Source: Tubulanus polymorphus (taxonomy: Eukaryota; Animalia; Nemertea). From it: a stretch of 64,000 nucleotides of DNA. This document shows positions 42,001 to 53,557 of the stretch, in pieces. The stretch spans positions 2,356,001-2,420,000 of the forward strand of contig NC_134028.1 of assembly GCF_964204645.1 (NCBI RefSeq). The letters are read 5' to 3'. Both the position numbers and the translations under genes were made by a program. Under the pieces are notes generated by a model. It ran no database searches, had not been told where the DNA came from, and worked only from the letters and a program-made list of their open reading frames with translations. Numbering within the stretch: the first letter of the stretch is position 1; every line of letters begins with the position of its first letter.

Positions 42001-43285
42001 TTCCGTATAAAGCTGTGTCTGTTCTTTTGTCATGTGAAGTCGAATAACAAAAAAATACCATGCAAAACTTAGATATATGCACCCAAATGAGAATTCACCC
42101 TTGTACAAAGTTTGATTTATAGAGAAAATTGAAATATATACTTAAAAGTTATATATTCTTAATGTAACGATTATTCAAATGGCATGGCATAAGTATTATT
42201 GCTTGTATGCTGTCATAGATATATTGTTAATCTTGCACATACGTGACTATATTTTTATCGATCGAACTTTTCCGTTTTCAAACATCTGAATGTGTGTATA
42301 TCCGGCAACAGGGTCACAATGTTCTGCCTGCAAACGTCACTCACTCACTAGATAGTTGATGTGTAATTGTTTCTTCTTGTGGTTGATTACAAAAACTATA
42401 AAGGTGACATTTTGAACATCGCTATGTATGTAAAAACTATGTGCTGAGCTGTGTTAGAAATTTTGGCCGCGGTTTAACCAGTGTTTAGTTATATGGCAAG
42501 CAACCTCTTCTATTCCCTTTAGATTGTTAAGTGTTAGCTATGGTTACGGTGTTCGCTTGATTTGGATTTCAGGGGTGTGAAAATATCTTTCTAAAAATAT
42601 TCGATGCAAGCTATCAATCAAGTACTGTTAGTAATATTTACTGATTTTAACTTTATCGATCATGTCTCTTGTATGATGTTCCCTTATTTATTTATTTATT
42701 TATGATTTGTATTTAGATGATGTGATGATGATGAAGCCTGCTTTGTTTTGATGAATCCTATGTATTCGGCTATTTTCTCTTTCTGTTAACGTTGAGTCTC
42801 CTCTAGTTTCTTCAATACGGTATGTTGAATGACATTGATAAACCAAAGCGGCCGAAATCTATTGTGTATTGGTTTGAATGTTTGAAAAAAATTGTTCATT
42901 TGTTTGACTCATTCCGTGATTAATGGACTGCATCACTGAAACTTGCTATCTGACCAGAAAAGCAATACACTTTGGTTTCATCGCTTGGCATTTTGTTTTC
43001 TTGTATATTAATTTCATTTTCAATTTTTCATCATCAATTCATTCTTTGTCACATGGTTCAATGTGAAAAACTACCGGCAATCAGTTCTCGTAGCAGATTA
43101 AAAGAATTTTTCATCTGATTACAGTTGTTGTTCTGTGCCTGTAAATGTACTTACTGTCTAAAGTAGCGGCTTTCATTGTGTTTCTCTCGATAAAAAATGC
43201 ACACTGTGCTAGCTTCGTCGGTATGCATTTGTAATATTTATGAAAGAAATATTATATTATTATATATCAATTTGTCAGAAATAAA
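39017..43285 (+). other. Probable long 3' UTR of the nuclear receptor
   Basis: AT-rich, no obvious interspersed repeats. AATAAA at 39660, 40137 and 43280 (the last followed by a U/GU-rich stretch). (ATTTA)x4 at 42684-42703. The 3' end is inferred. Confidence 0.45.
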
Positions 43286-44164
43286 AATAGATGTTTTATG
43301 GCTCTTGTTTTATGGCATTGAATTTCTATCGGGTTATCATTCTGTGCGCTGAAACAAAGATATCTGATGGGCGACGACTATAAGGGTTTAAAAGAGTTTC
43401 TCTTAATCGGCCAGGTCACTTGTATAGTAAACCGGAGCTGCTGGGTCTACTCTGTACTTGTTAGCCTGATCATAATTCTTTTTTTTTAAAGTTATGTACA
43501 GGATACATTGGCGGCTGGCCGGGTCAACTTTAAAACTTAGCAGAAACAAGGAACAGAAATCAATTCTAGCCTAATGAAAACATTTCTCTTAACGAACACT
43601 TCTTAATAAGAAGCTAAAATTTCAACCTGTTAGGATCTTAAGAAGAGGATTGGAGGAACTAGGTCACGTGACGTCACAAACTACAAAGTGACGTCACAGC
43701 ATGTCATCATTTATTTCAATAGAATTCAAAATACTCGACAAAATTGCATAGGACAAACAAGGCAAGGAGAACGAGACACCTGTAAAAAGATCCTATGTGT
43801 AAAGATCATGCATAGAGAGAGAGCATCCTCCCTAGTGCTATTGCTGATTAGACTGGTTGCCGGTCTCTACCGGAGTTCAAGTGGCTACCTTAAGTTCAAG
43901 TAGTATTGACGGTCAAGACATGGACAATATACACATGTCGACTCTAATAGGTATAAATTCGATTAAATAATAAATGAGTTATCAGTGATAACTGTTACTG
44001 ATATCTCGTTACGAATTGATAACCGATAAAATCCATCAAAACATCATTTTGCCCTGAGAGTCAGAGAAAATATTTAAACTGTTTAGATCCATATCAAAAC
44101 CAGGAAAACGTAACGTACAGGAAACAACAACGATGAAAGGTTCTGCATTAAATGAATATATTGA

Positions 44165-44198
44165 GCAACGTTTCGGCTTTAAATAGCCATCATCAGGC
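44165..44198 (-). ncRNA. Minimal type I hammerhead ribozyme-like motif (Penelope-type)
   Basis: Minus strand reads GC-CUGAUGA-U-GGCU-AUUUAA-AGCC-GAAA-CGUU-GC: intact core, 4-bp stem II and palindromic ACGU stem III. Confidence 0.6.
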
Positions 44199-44399
44199 GA
44201 ATGTTAGCCAGTACATGTATACAGATTTCTGACGTATATTCGTTTTACACCTCGATCTAACGAAATGCCATAGACACCTGGGACAAAAGGCTGTTTAATG
44301 TTTGAATAGTTGCAATATGATACAAATTATCGCTACGATGTAGCAAACCCTAAATAAAAGAAATATCATATATACCATTGTACTTCGTTTAATCAATTA

Positions 44400-44948
44400 T
44401 TAAATATTTTTCTTCTTGTGGTAAGCCTGATAGTAGAAATTTCCGAATAATGCCGTCATGCTCATACCGTATATTATCGAATAGATACAAAAGCCGTGGC
44501 TCGTATAGCCTTTTATTGAAAAAAGAAATCCGATCAGAAACTGGATAATCTGTATTTGCGTCATTTGTTTTTTCCACGGTGGTTGATAGCCCATAGCGCA
44601 AAGTCCGTAATACAAATAAAGCACCACGTGTACGAAAGAATTCAAAGCCAGGAAAATAGCCATCGCCGACCAGGGCGTGAAGTGGTAACAATAGTCAGAC
44701 AGAAGCAACATCGACGAATGGTGGTAGATGTGTAAAAACGTTAGTTGCCTTTCTCGATGGCGTAAAATCATAAAAATCGTGTCCAAAAGTTCGATCCGTT
44801 TGCACACCATGTACCAGAAGTAGACATTTTGTAGCACCGGAGAAGTTTCCATCTTAAAGAAAGACTGAGTCTCTACTAATCCGATTGCAAATCCGTATAA
44901 CGTATACAGACTGAGAGCGCTGCATCCGAAATTGTAAACCATGAGTAC
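44400..44948 (-). CDS. ELOVL: ELOVL/GNS1-SUR4 fatty acid elongase, last coding exon
   Basis: Motifs KRIELLDT, QLTFLHIYHH (HxxHH box), NSFVHVVLYLYY, TQIQIIQF, LFGNFY and C-terminal KKNI di-lysine ER signal; acceptor ttcttcAG at 44949. Paralog number not assignable. Confidence 0.95.
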   Translation of the reverse strand, partial: VLMVYNFGCSALSLYTLYGFAIGLVETQSFFKMETSPVLQNVYFWYMVCKRIELLDTIFMILRHRERQLTFLHIYHHSSMLLLSDYCYHFTPWSAMAIFLALNSFVHVVLYLYYGLCAMGYQPPWKKQMTQIQIIQFLIGFLFSIKGYTSHGFCIYSIIYGMSMTALFGNFYYQAYHKKKNI

Positions 44949-45197
44949 CTGAAGAAAGGAACGGGTTTTCAAATAAAATGACATATGAAAATTCCTCTTT
45001 TTTGTTTTCATTTTTGTGTTCAGAAGATTGCATCGAACATGCATGGCCTCTTCTGGGTATGAAAATACGTATATAGTATGCTCAAAGAAGTGAGAATATT
45101 ATCTCTATAAGGTCTGAATACCAGTCGTTGTTACTACGGTTCCGTGGAACGACGGCTAGGTACTAGACTAGCTATGACCGGCAGGCTACTTACTTAC

Positions 45198-45338
45198 CGA
45201 ACGACATTCTCTCGGTCTAGAAATTTTCTTCCAATATCGAGCTAGATAAACCACAATGAGATAAGTAATGAAGGTAGGAAACGTCTCTAATCGTACCACC
45301 GCCGACAAGAATTTGTGCAACCCGGTCAACGATACCAT
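45198..45338 (-). CDS. ELOVL: ELOVL elongase first coding exon (47 aa)
   Basis: MVSLTGLHKFLSAVVRLETFPTFITYLIVVYLARYWKKISRPRECRS, matching the elongase TM1 pattern YLxxV...RP; phase-0 donor GTAAGT joins VLMVYN. Total 229 aa. Confidence 0.85.
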
Positions 45339-48043
45339 TTCAGCAGATCCTAAATAGAAACCCATTCACTTTCCGTTGATGTTATGGAACGAAAAATCTA
45401 ACAATTGTCTATCCAAAATACATACAGATAGAAGTTACGTACCTTGATGCTTCTTCAGAATTACATAAAGCCGTTCAATAATTCGATATCCTAATATAAA
45501 TAGATGTGCACAACAATTTGTTTGCGATGATATTAAACTATCTATCTACCAGTATGGACTGTATATTTCTACAACACAGAACTTACGCGTGTGTTAAATC
45601 AAGAACGCCCGTGGCACCGGCGACGTCGCGCTGTGTGTTTAAACCTGTTTTTGAAATAAGAATAAAGACACGAACGCATATCATTAGATGACAACCACAG
45701 CTAAAGGTCACGTTTTATCACAGTGAGTAATGTACAGATTGAATCGTGAACGCGTCGAGATGAGATATATATTATATATATATTATTATATTATAGCGAA
45801 TAACGAAAAATGATGTTTAAATTGCGATGGTTTTATCATTTTTCAATGCGATTACCATCGAAGCAGCGCCCGATATGTACCGGTACTTTTGGCGAACATC
45901 AAATATGTAATAGATATTTACAAATAAATGCAAACACCACTCTGAAGATTTACGGTGTAAAGGTTGAGATCTTAATCAATGTAAAAACAATCCAATGAAT
46001 GATTGCGTGACCCGCCGGTTTAGAGCACCACAGGCCACATTGACCACGTCCGAAGTTATGATAGCCGGACTGTACTGGCCATTTATTTTCCAACCGGCCA
46101 ACCTACTGATGGTCCCTTTGACGCCCTGCGGGATGATTAGGCAAGCAAAACTTTCCCACTTTTTGTTTATTCATATTTTGAAACATTTCATGGTGAATGG
46201 TGCAATTTGACACCATTTGTGCCGATGTTTTCAGTGAAAATTATGACATCCGAGCCGTGGCGCCAGGATGAGGTGTTGATAGTTTTAATGAGATGATTAG
46301 GAAGCGTAGCAGGTCATTTTTCAAACATTTGTCATCATAATTTACAATTTGTCATGGTTCTGGTTCTTGACACAGATTGGGAAAAAGTCAAATAGTTTTG
46401 ATTGGGAAAATGACCGTTTACCGGATACATATGCGCCCTAGCGGAATGGCTGAGATACATTAACTTAGGAGCAATCATCTCGATGATTGCTCGTAGCATA
46501 CGGTGTATATAATAGTAAAGTCACAACACTACTGTGATTAGGCAGCTAACATTCTTATTTCATCTTCTTAGAGATAGGCTATTTACACGAAAAAGCCCCT
46601 TATAAAAAATTTTTGGAAGGCATTTGAGGGGGTGGCTAGCCACCCTATTCACCCCCCTAGATCCGCCTCTGGAGTGGTTGATGGTCCCTTTATGTCAGTG
46701 ATTCGACAGCCCGCAAGAGACTCGCATGCCAGTGTAGGCAAACGACCGTGGGACTTCGAATTCTAGTTTTTCTTCGCCTCCAAATCAGTCGTTGCGTCCG
46801 TGAAAAATCCTCTAATTTTGAAAATACTGCACTAAAACAATCAATACGTAATTCCAAAATCATTATTGGCTATTTATTTTTCCATACATTTTTAAACAGT
46901 TTTGGTTGCAATGCAATACAGAACCGTATGGTGCTGCCACAACGGGCTGAGTACAATCCTTTCTTTCACGATCACCAACTATCCGGGAACCGTGAATTAA
47001 TTATTCCGGTAGAATCAATTCAAGCAACCAAGGTCGTTGAGCCGAACAAAAAATTTCAAATCCAAACTCCGGCGCTTTTTCTTAAGAAAGTGTGGAAATA
47101 CTTTATTGCGCAGGTATATTGCTTGGAAATGATGGGACTGATAGTTGGCCCACTAATAAATGTACGAATGAATTAGTCATCCACAATACAAATTGAAAAA
47201 GCGGTCAATCGACTCAATGTTGTCGAAAGACGAGTGACAACTTTCCTTGACGCTTAGGCTTAATTAATTCTCGCCGGCCGTTCCTAGCATGCCTAGCTAA
47301 AACTTAGTGTATTCTGAATGCGCGTCTGCTTGTCCTCCACCAGGCACCTTCGACACGTTCTGTAACCATCTATTTATATACACAGCGATAGGGCCTACTG
47401 GTGTTATCCGTGCACTAATGTGACAAGTCAAGTCCCTTTGATTCACCACAGGCATGAAATCACTGGATGGAACAAACCGTAGTAGATAGGAGAAGATATC
47501 AAATCTTGCTGGAACATTACCTCAAATTCGATATCTATTATGGATGTGGATATTTCGCCGATGCAGCATTATTTTAGTAAATGCAAATTTTCCAACATCT
47601 AGATAAGTTATACTGAAAAAAAATGAAATTATTTTAGGCCTATTAGGTTCAGGAATGGGTTTCGATAGGGGCCTCGGGAGGGTCTAGAGGGTTAGGGTCC
47701 ATTTTACAACTAGGTAGAGATAGGGTTAGGATTAGATTTAGTGCTATATGTAGTTAAAAGATTTGAACAGTTTCAACAAGTGGTTTTAGTTGGGAGATGC
47801 TGGCCCGGTTCGAATACTGCTTTATCCGCTCTTATTTTCGCTTACTCTGTTCCTCACACCTCCCTTAAATTACTCAAAGTGTCGTACCTCAGTGAGCTCG
47901 CGCGACGTAAAGTAGCCAATCAGAATGATTTGTCAGCAAAATAGCATTACCAGGAATAATGTTGCGTCGGCAAAATATCACCTGCCCCAATTTATCATTC
48001 GAAATTATTAATCGATGAAGCAAAAACAAAAGCATTAGATATG

Positions 48044-50047
48044 CTACATCAGTGGTCTTGTTTGTGATTTCCAGTAATCCTCTATATTTGAATCGAGAGC
48101 GGTTTCTGCGAGCTGTTTAGCCCTTTCCGGCGTGAAGCCTACAATCGCTGTACCACGAGTTATCACATCCCGTTCTGAAGCCAGTTCAGCAATCCTCCGC
48201 GCCAGTGCCGCTGGTGCCACATGATAATACTTCCCAAATGAACAGATAAAGTCTTTCATTGCCAGACCAGTTTCTGAATAAATACTTTCGACGTTGCAGG
48301 CAATTTCAATGGCTCCTTTATTTGAGAACGCCATAGACTGCACACCAGGGAGACCTCCATTACTAGAACCTCGTATTGCTCGAGCAATTTGTTTACCGAA
48401 CTCTAGATCTTTCGTATCGATTGTTACGTTACAGTTCATTACATAGGGAAAGCTTCCAATACCTAGAAAAATAAAGAGTATTGCTGTAGACCTATATTTT
48501 TGTAAATGTTTCTTTTTAGGGTCAACTCTTCAAATAAGTTATTAGGCCTGAAAAAACCTGATAGTTATCATTGTAGTATATTTTCTCTTACCCGTCAGAC
48601 CATATCTAGCTCCGGGACTGGGTCCGATATCTCGTTTCAGCTGACTGTAGTCTATTCCGTGTTTTCCTTGAAACCAGTTAACTTGCTTTCGTCTTTGGAC
48701 CAAGCTACGTTTTTCGGGCCGATCCGCATAACCAAATAGGAATGAAGCAGAACCTGGTACCGAGGTTGCCAAATCTGTTGCCAACTCTGAAGTAAAACAT
48801 GTAAACGTTGTATTGATTTGAATTCTGATAATTGTGAATAGTTCTATATTCCTTCACCTTTGCGTATGTTTCATATCGTCTTACAGGAAAAATTGATTAA
48901 TAATAAGGCATGGAAAGAAGTTCTCGTGAAGTTTTGTATTTGGAACGGAAATTTTTTTGTCATGAAAGCTTAATATTCAGATAATGACGAGAACTCACCT
49001 CTTGCGATAGTTGCACACTCTTCTAATGTCACGTTTTCTGATATAGGATGGAATGGTACGAGGTCGACAGCTCCGAGTCGTGGATGACCCCCGCTGTGAT
49101 TGGAGAGATCAATCAGTTCATACGCTCGTATACAACATGCTTTCACACTCGATGCTGCAATATCGTACGTACATTTCTATCATATAACATTTGAAATTCC
49201 AGGAGAGGGATCCAGACAAGGTGCACGTGTTGCTATTTTCCCGTGCCCTTTTGAAACTAGAATAGCAATATTTTTCAGGGAATTCTTCCCACCCGCCACT
49301 AATAAGGCAGCAGTTGGCAGTGCAAGATTTAGCTTATGTCCCTCAAGTGCCTTGAAATTGTATTAAAATGCATTGAAATTTAACTGTATTTTCTAGACCC
49401 TTGTTTTGGCTTGTCCTTTTCATCTCTTTGTGCACCTGTCAAAGTCTACCCGTGGATCTGCCTCTGAATTTTAAGTTGGTCAGCGTATAACTGTAATTGA
49501 TATGGATAAAACGCGAGCACTACATGATCTTAACTTCATAAACTTAAAGCCTTTATTCCTTCACTCTTTCAATGCATTTTAATCATACTGTATGTTAAGT
49601 AATATATTTGATTTAGTCTAGATCCCTCCTTCCTTTGTAATATAAAGCTGATCTCTTGGCTAGTTGTTATGCTAGGTGACCTATTACAATTCAAAGAATT
49701 TGCCTATTGAATTCTGAGGTACAAGCTGCCTATTTGGTGACTGCCTTACCTATGTATCTTAGAGGTGCAACTATAGTGATGACAGAACGGTTATAAACAA
49801 TATCTGAGAAAATATTCAACACGCTGCATTTTATCGGTTTCTCTCCAGCTGAAAATATAAACGTATACTTCGCATTGTTTGAGTAGGATTTTGTGGTATA
49901 TACGTTATGTATGACAAGCGAAACATAGGTTGATATGTACTTACCATTGATAGATAAAGCCGCTTTAGTAATTTCTTGTATCACGTCGGATCTTTTGGCC
50001 TCTGAAACATTTAATAGACATGCCACAAGTTTTCTTTGAATAGACAT
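48044..50047 (-). CDS. FTCDNL1: Stand-alone glutamate formiminotransferase-domain protein (FTCDNL1-like), 5 exons, 323 aa
   Basis: Exons 50047-49945, 49848-49750, 49154-48999, 48786-48592 and 48462-48044 are joined by four phase-1 introns (972 nt). Motifs LVACLLNVSE, D..YNRSVIT, IDLSNHSGGHPRLGAVDLVPFHP, GLTGIGS..VMNCNV, GGLPGVQSMA and IEIACN. No cyclodeaminase domain follows. Confidence 0.88.
49200..49466. mobile_element. MITE-like insertion in FTCDNL1-like intron 2
   Basis: Imperfect termini CAGGAGAGGGATCCA / TGGATCTGCCTCTG with internal GGTGCAC / GTGCACC. A related end CTAGATCCGCCTCTG occurs at ~46657-46671. Confidence 0.45.
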
Positions 50048-53000
50048 GGTGGACGAATGGACTCTTAACTGTCTACTTCATAATGTGCTGACATCTGGTG
50101 GTGTAGTGAAGAATCTACAAATAGTTGTCATCATAGTTCTTAGATAGGCGTGCCAAATAAAACAAACTCGGTCCCTGGTATTCAATGACTGGATATGAAA
50201 GTGGTTAGATTAAAATTGTAGCTTTAGATGAAAAAATGCTATTCATGTGATCCGACTAGGCAAATGTCCATTATTATTTAACAAAATAAAAAAATAAAGA
50301 CACAAATCCCGGGGGGGGGGGGGGGGCTTTAAAGTTCATCAGACCATTGCTGAAAGCCTTGCCTGTTCACGATTCTGTATTTGATGGAATTTTTTACTTT
50401 AGCCGTTAATGCTTTACATTGGCCCATATTTTAAAGCACGCTAGTCGTATAGATAGTCGTGAGAACGTGTCGTCTAGAGGAAGTCTCTATAAATGAGGTC
50501 ATATATTCATATCTAGGACTGATACTATCGTCGTATCGAGATCATTATGGATCAATTCTCTTACATAGAAAACTCAGTTAAATTCAATGTACTCTGATTG
50601 AATTGGGTCTGCAAAGTGATAGTGGCTTAATGCGGATGTTTTGTTTAGGAATGCGAATGACGTTTCACAGAAACTATAGGGGATTTCCGTTTGTATCCTG
50701 TTGTGCATTTAGAACTAGAAATGCATGTACTGTAATGCACAGTATCATAAATGCGGTTTAAACATTGTTTTCTAAAACTGGTGGTAAGTAAAGTATTGCT
50801 AACACACTATACTATATTATATCATATATCTAATGCTATTCGATCGAGGAACAGTTTGTTCTAATATCACTAGTCAGATGATATTCACAGCCTCGATTAG
50901 CCGCTAGCTGCTGCAGCTGTCTTGTGTCCGTGTGGCGAAAATTGGCGGAATTAAATTTATGTCGTCGTTACATCGATGTCCAGATGAGACTTGGCCACTC
51001 AATTAAGATGGCAGATCACCAACGGCATGTAAAATGAATAACGTCAATATTTGAAGTTGTGAACATGTAGTTGTCTATTTTGATATTTGGTCCCTCGACT
51101 TGTGTTTTGAATTGTTAAATGACTTCGAATCCTATTCGGGATCGTGTTCCCTTTCTCTGCGGTGTTTAGATGTAATTGCAGACGTGTCATACGACGAATG
51201 ACCGAACTAATGACAGCCGTTTGCTCATACAGTCGATATTATTAAAGCCCTAAGTAACGGATTGACTTTCATTTTGCTGCGCAAACACAGTCAATATCCT
51301 GTACTTTCTGCGATAACTGAGAAGTGAAAGTGCGGAGTTGCTGCATGATTTCCTGCCTCCATCCGTAGACATCCTGTAGTGTCGTCGCGCATGACAAAAC
51401 CTTCTCCCATCATAAATTTGAGTTCCGTTGATTTTTGTGAGAGTCTTTTACTCATTAGGTTCCTGCACTGTCCATTAGTGGAGTTAGATTCCTGTTATAT
51501 CAGTCGGTGGTTAGTTAACAGTTCGTCCACTTAGTCTGAGATTATGCCGGTTGTTAGGGCTATATTTACCGTGTGGTTGTAGCCCATTTACAGCCCTTAC
51601 CGATATCAGTGAGTATCGCGACAACCGCGAGATTTCTGTTTATCATTTTCAACGGAGCTGAATTTTTTCTATCACGTTTAATGAAGAATAATGATAAAAG
51701 TGTTTATTTCATACAAGTACAGACTAGGAGAGAATCCATATTCACCTGGAGAAAATGTAATTTACCATCTGAATAATAATATTACAATCTGAAGGACATA
51801 CAACCAGGGACTTAACAGATACTAGAATAATTGATAAGGTCTTTTATCTCATATTTATCTCAATTTTTGCGAACATTTCAAACTTCAACTGGATTTTTAA
51901 AGTTAATCGCCACATTCTACAAATTGAATGTTGAGTGGTTTGAAATCTATTTCTATAATTGAACTATTGGTGATCGGGGTGTGAATATTTTTGAGCCGGT
52001 GGTCGATACTAATTTTCTGCTCACTTATGCCCGATCAGGTAGTAAATTAACTGTTTCTATATTTATCACGTCGAGCTACACGACATTCGGAACAATTGGC
52101 AATGTGTTCGGAATCGGTACGTAGGTGGCACAGTTTGTGTCACTCTATACGTCCCTGCGGATGAAAACTGAGCCCGTGTTTCATACGGAGACAAGTGCAC
52201 AAACGTTCCATTACTGTTAATCTTGGTGTTGTTAATTTGGTCACGGAAGCTCAGATTGGTACAGCCGATCGCCGTATAGATATGATGATAATATATCAGT
52301 ACTACCGCTGCGAGTAAATGACTTGAACCCGAGTCTCCTGTTCATCTTCGCTCATTTCCGCTCGTGTGAAGAGAATTTTAAGGAATTATAAGAATTTTAA
52401 ATTTTGATCGGAGCAGGCCTTTTTATATTACTGCAAATTGTCAACTGTCTCTACTTCTTTTAAATCCTAATCTGAAAATTTGCCACGAGTGGTTATATGT
52501 GTATATATAGTTTCTATTAGATGATTGTTATGATGTTGTTATTTTCCACACCTGTGGCTCTGCGTAGAGAAATCTCTTTCCATTCATTTTTATACGGCGA
52601 TTATGGGAGTCTTTAGCGGATACAAAGCGTACCGCGATTATTATTGATACTTTCTACATCGAATGCGCCGCTTGGCAATATTTCTGAACGTATAGAAACT
52701 GATTCTGAAACACCTGTGAAACATTATTCAAATTAATGTATAACCCTATATTGAAAATCCGAATAATGTTTAAGCGTACCTATATGTAAAATATATGAAT
52801 ATGATCCTCGGTCGTCTGATATAGATAAATGATGTTATAGAGCTTTGAAAATATTTTTCTGTGCATCCGTAAATTCAGCTTCCCGATAGTTTTTTATGAT
52901 CAACGGTTCAGCGATTTATTGAAAAATTGGATGTCATCTCCGTTAATAATGTCGTTGACGCCAGAGAGCTCAACAGGGCGCTGATAGATGACTGGATCGT

Positions 53001-53335
53001 TCAAAATCTACGGTTATAAATCTTGTCGCCGGGTGTCAGTGATTCCTCTCCGAGGAAAACTGATCGATGTTATCATAAATCGGGGTCGAAGGGCTGAAAA
53101 TCTATATCTATTCGCGATATCTCGTATCAGCGAGCAGGCGGGCGACTCGACTTGAATTCAGCTACGAAATGAAACTTCAAACGAAAGAAAGTTTTGAATG
53201 AAATAATTTCAATCGAAAATGTCAATTTTTTGAACATAATTCATCGTTTTTCAATACTGAGCTCATTTATAGAATTTCTCGGCTTATGTAACCGCGTCGA
53301 GGGCGGTTATGCAAGCCGAATAGTTCCGATTTGAA

Positions 53336-53557
53336 CCAGTAGATGTCGCTAGTGCGATTGTCAACTGAACTTGGCGGAACGTGGCCAATCATTGTCAGGG
53401 AGTGTTGGCCATTAATACAAAACGCGGCATGCATTTCACTGTAATCCTATCATTGCTTACTACTAGCAGTTGTGTAAAGCTCATTCATTTAAGCAGAACT
53501 CCTTAACTGGAATCGTGTCAACCGGGATTCGAATTCAAGTTATTTCACACGGTAAGC
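53336..53557 (+). promoter_or_regulatory. Putative promoter and non-coding first exon (likely FOXRED2)
   Basis: CpG-rich segment, CTCF-like CCAGTAGATGTCGCTA, GGCCAATC box at ~53382, and donor G|GTAAGC at 53552. Link to FOXRED2 is inferred. Confidence 0.4.

Noticed and set aside
44949-45044. N-terminus of the 214-aa ELOVL ORF in the track
   Set aside because: Intronic read-through; a proper acceptor at 44949 and a better upstream exon exist.
46748-47176. 142-aa plus-strand ORF
   Set aside because: GTG start, no recognisable motif and no convincing exon boundaries.
47685-47735. TTAGGG-like words
   Set aside because: Only scattered imperfect units, not an interstitial telomeric array.
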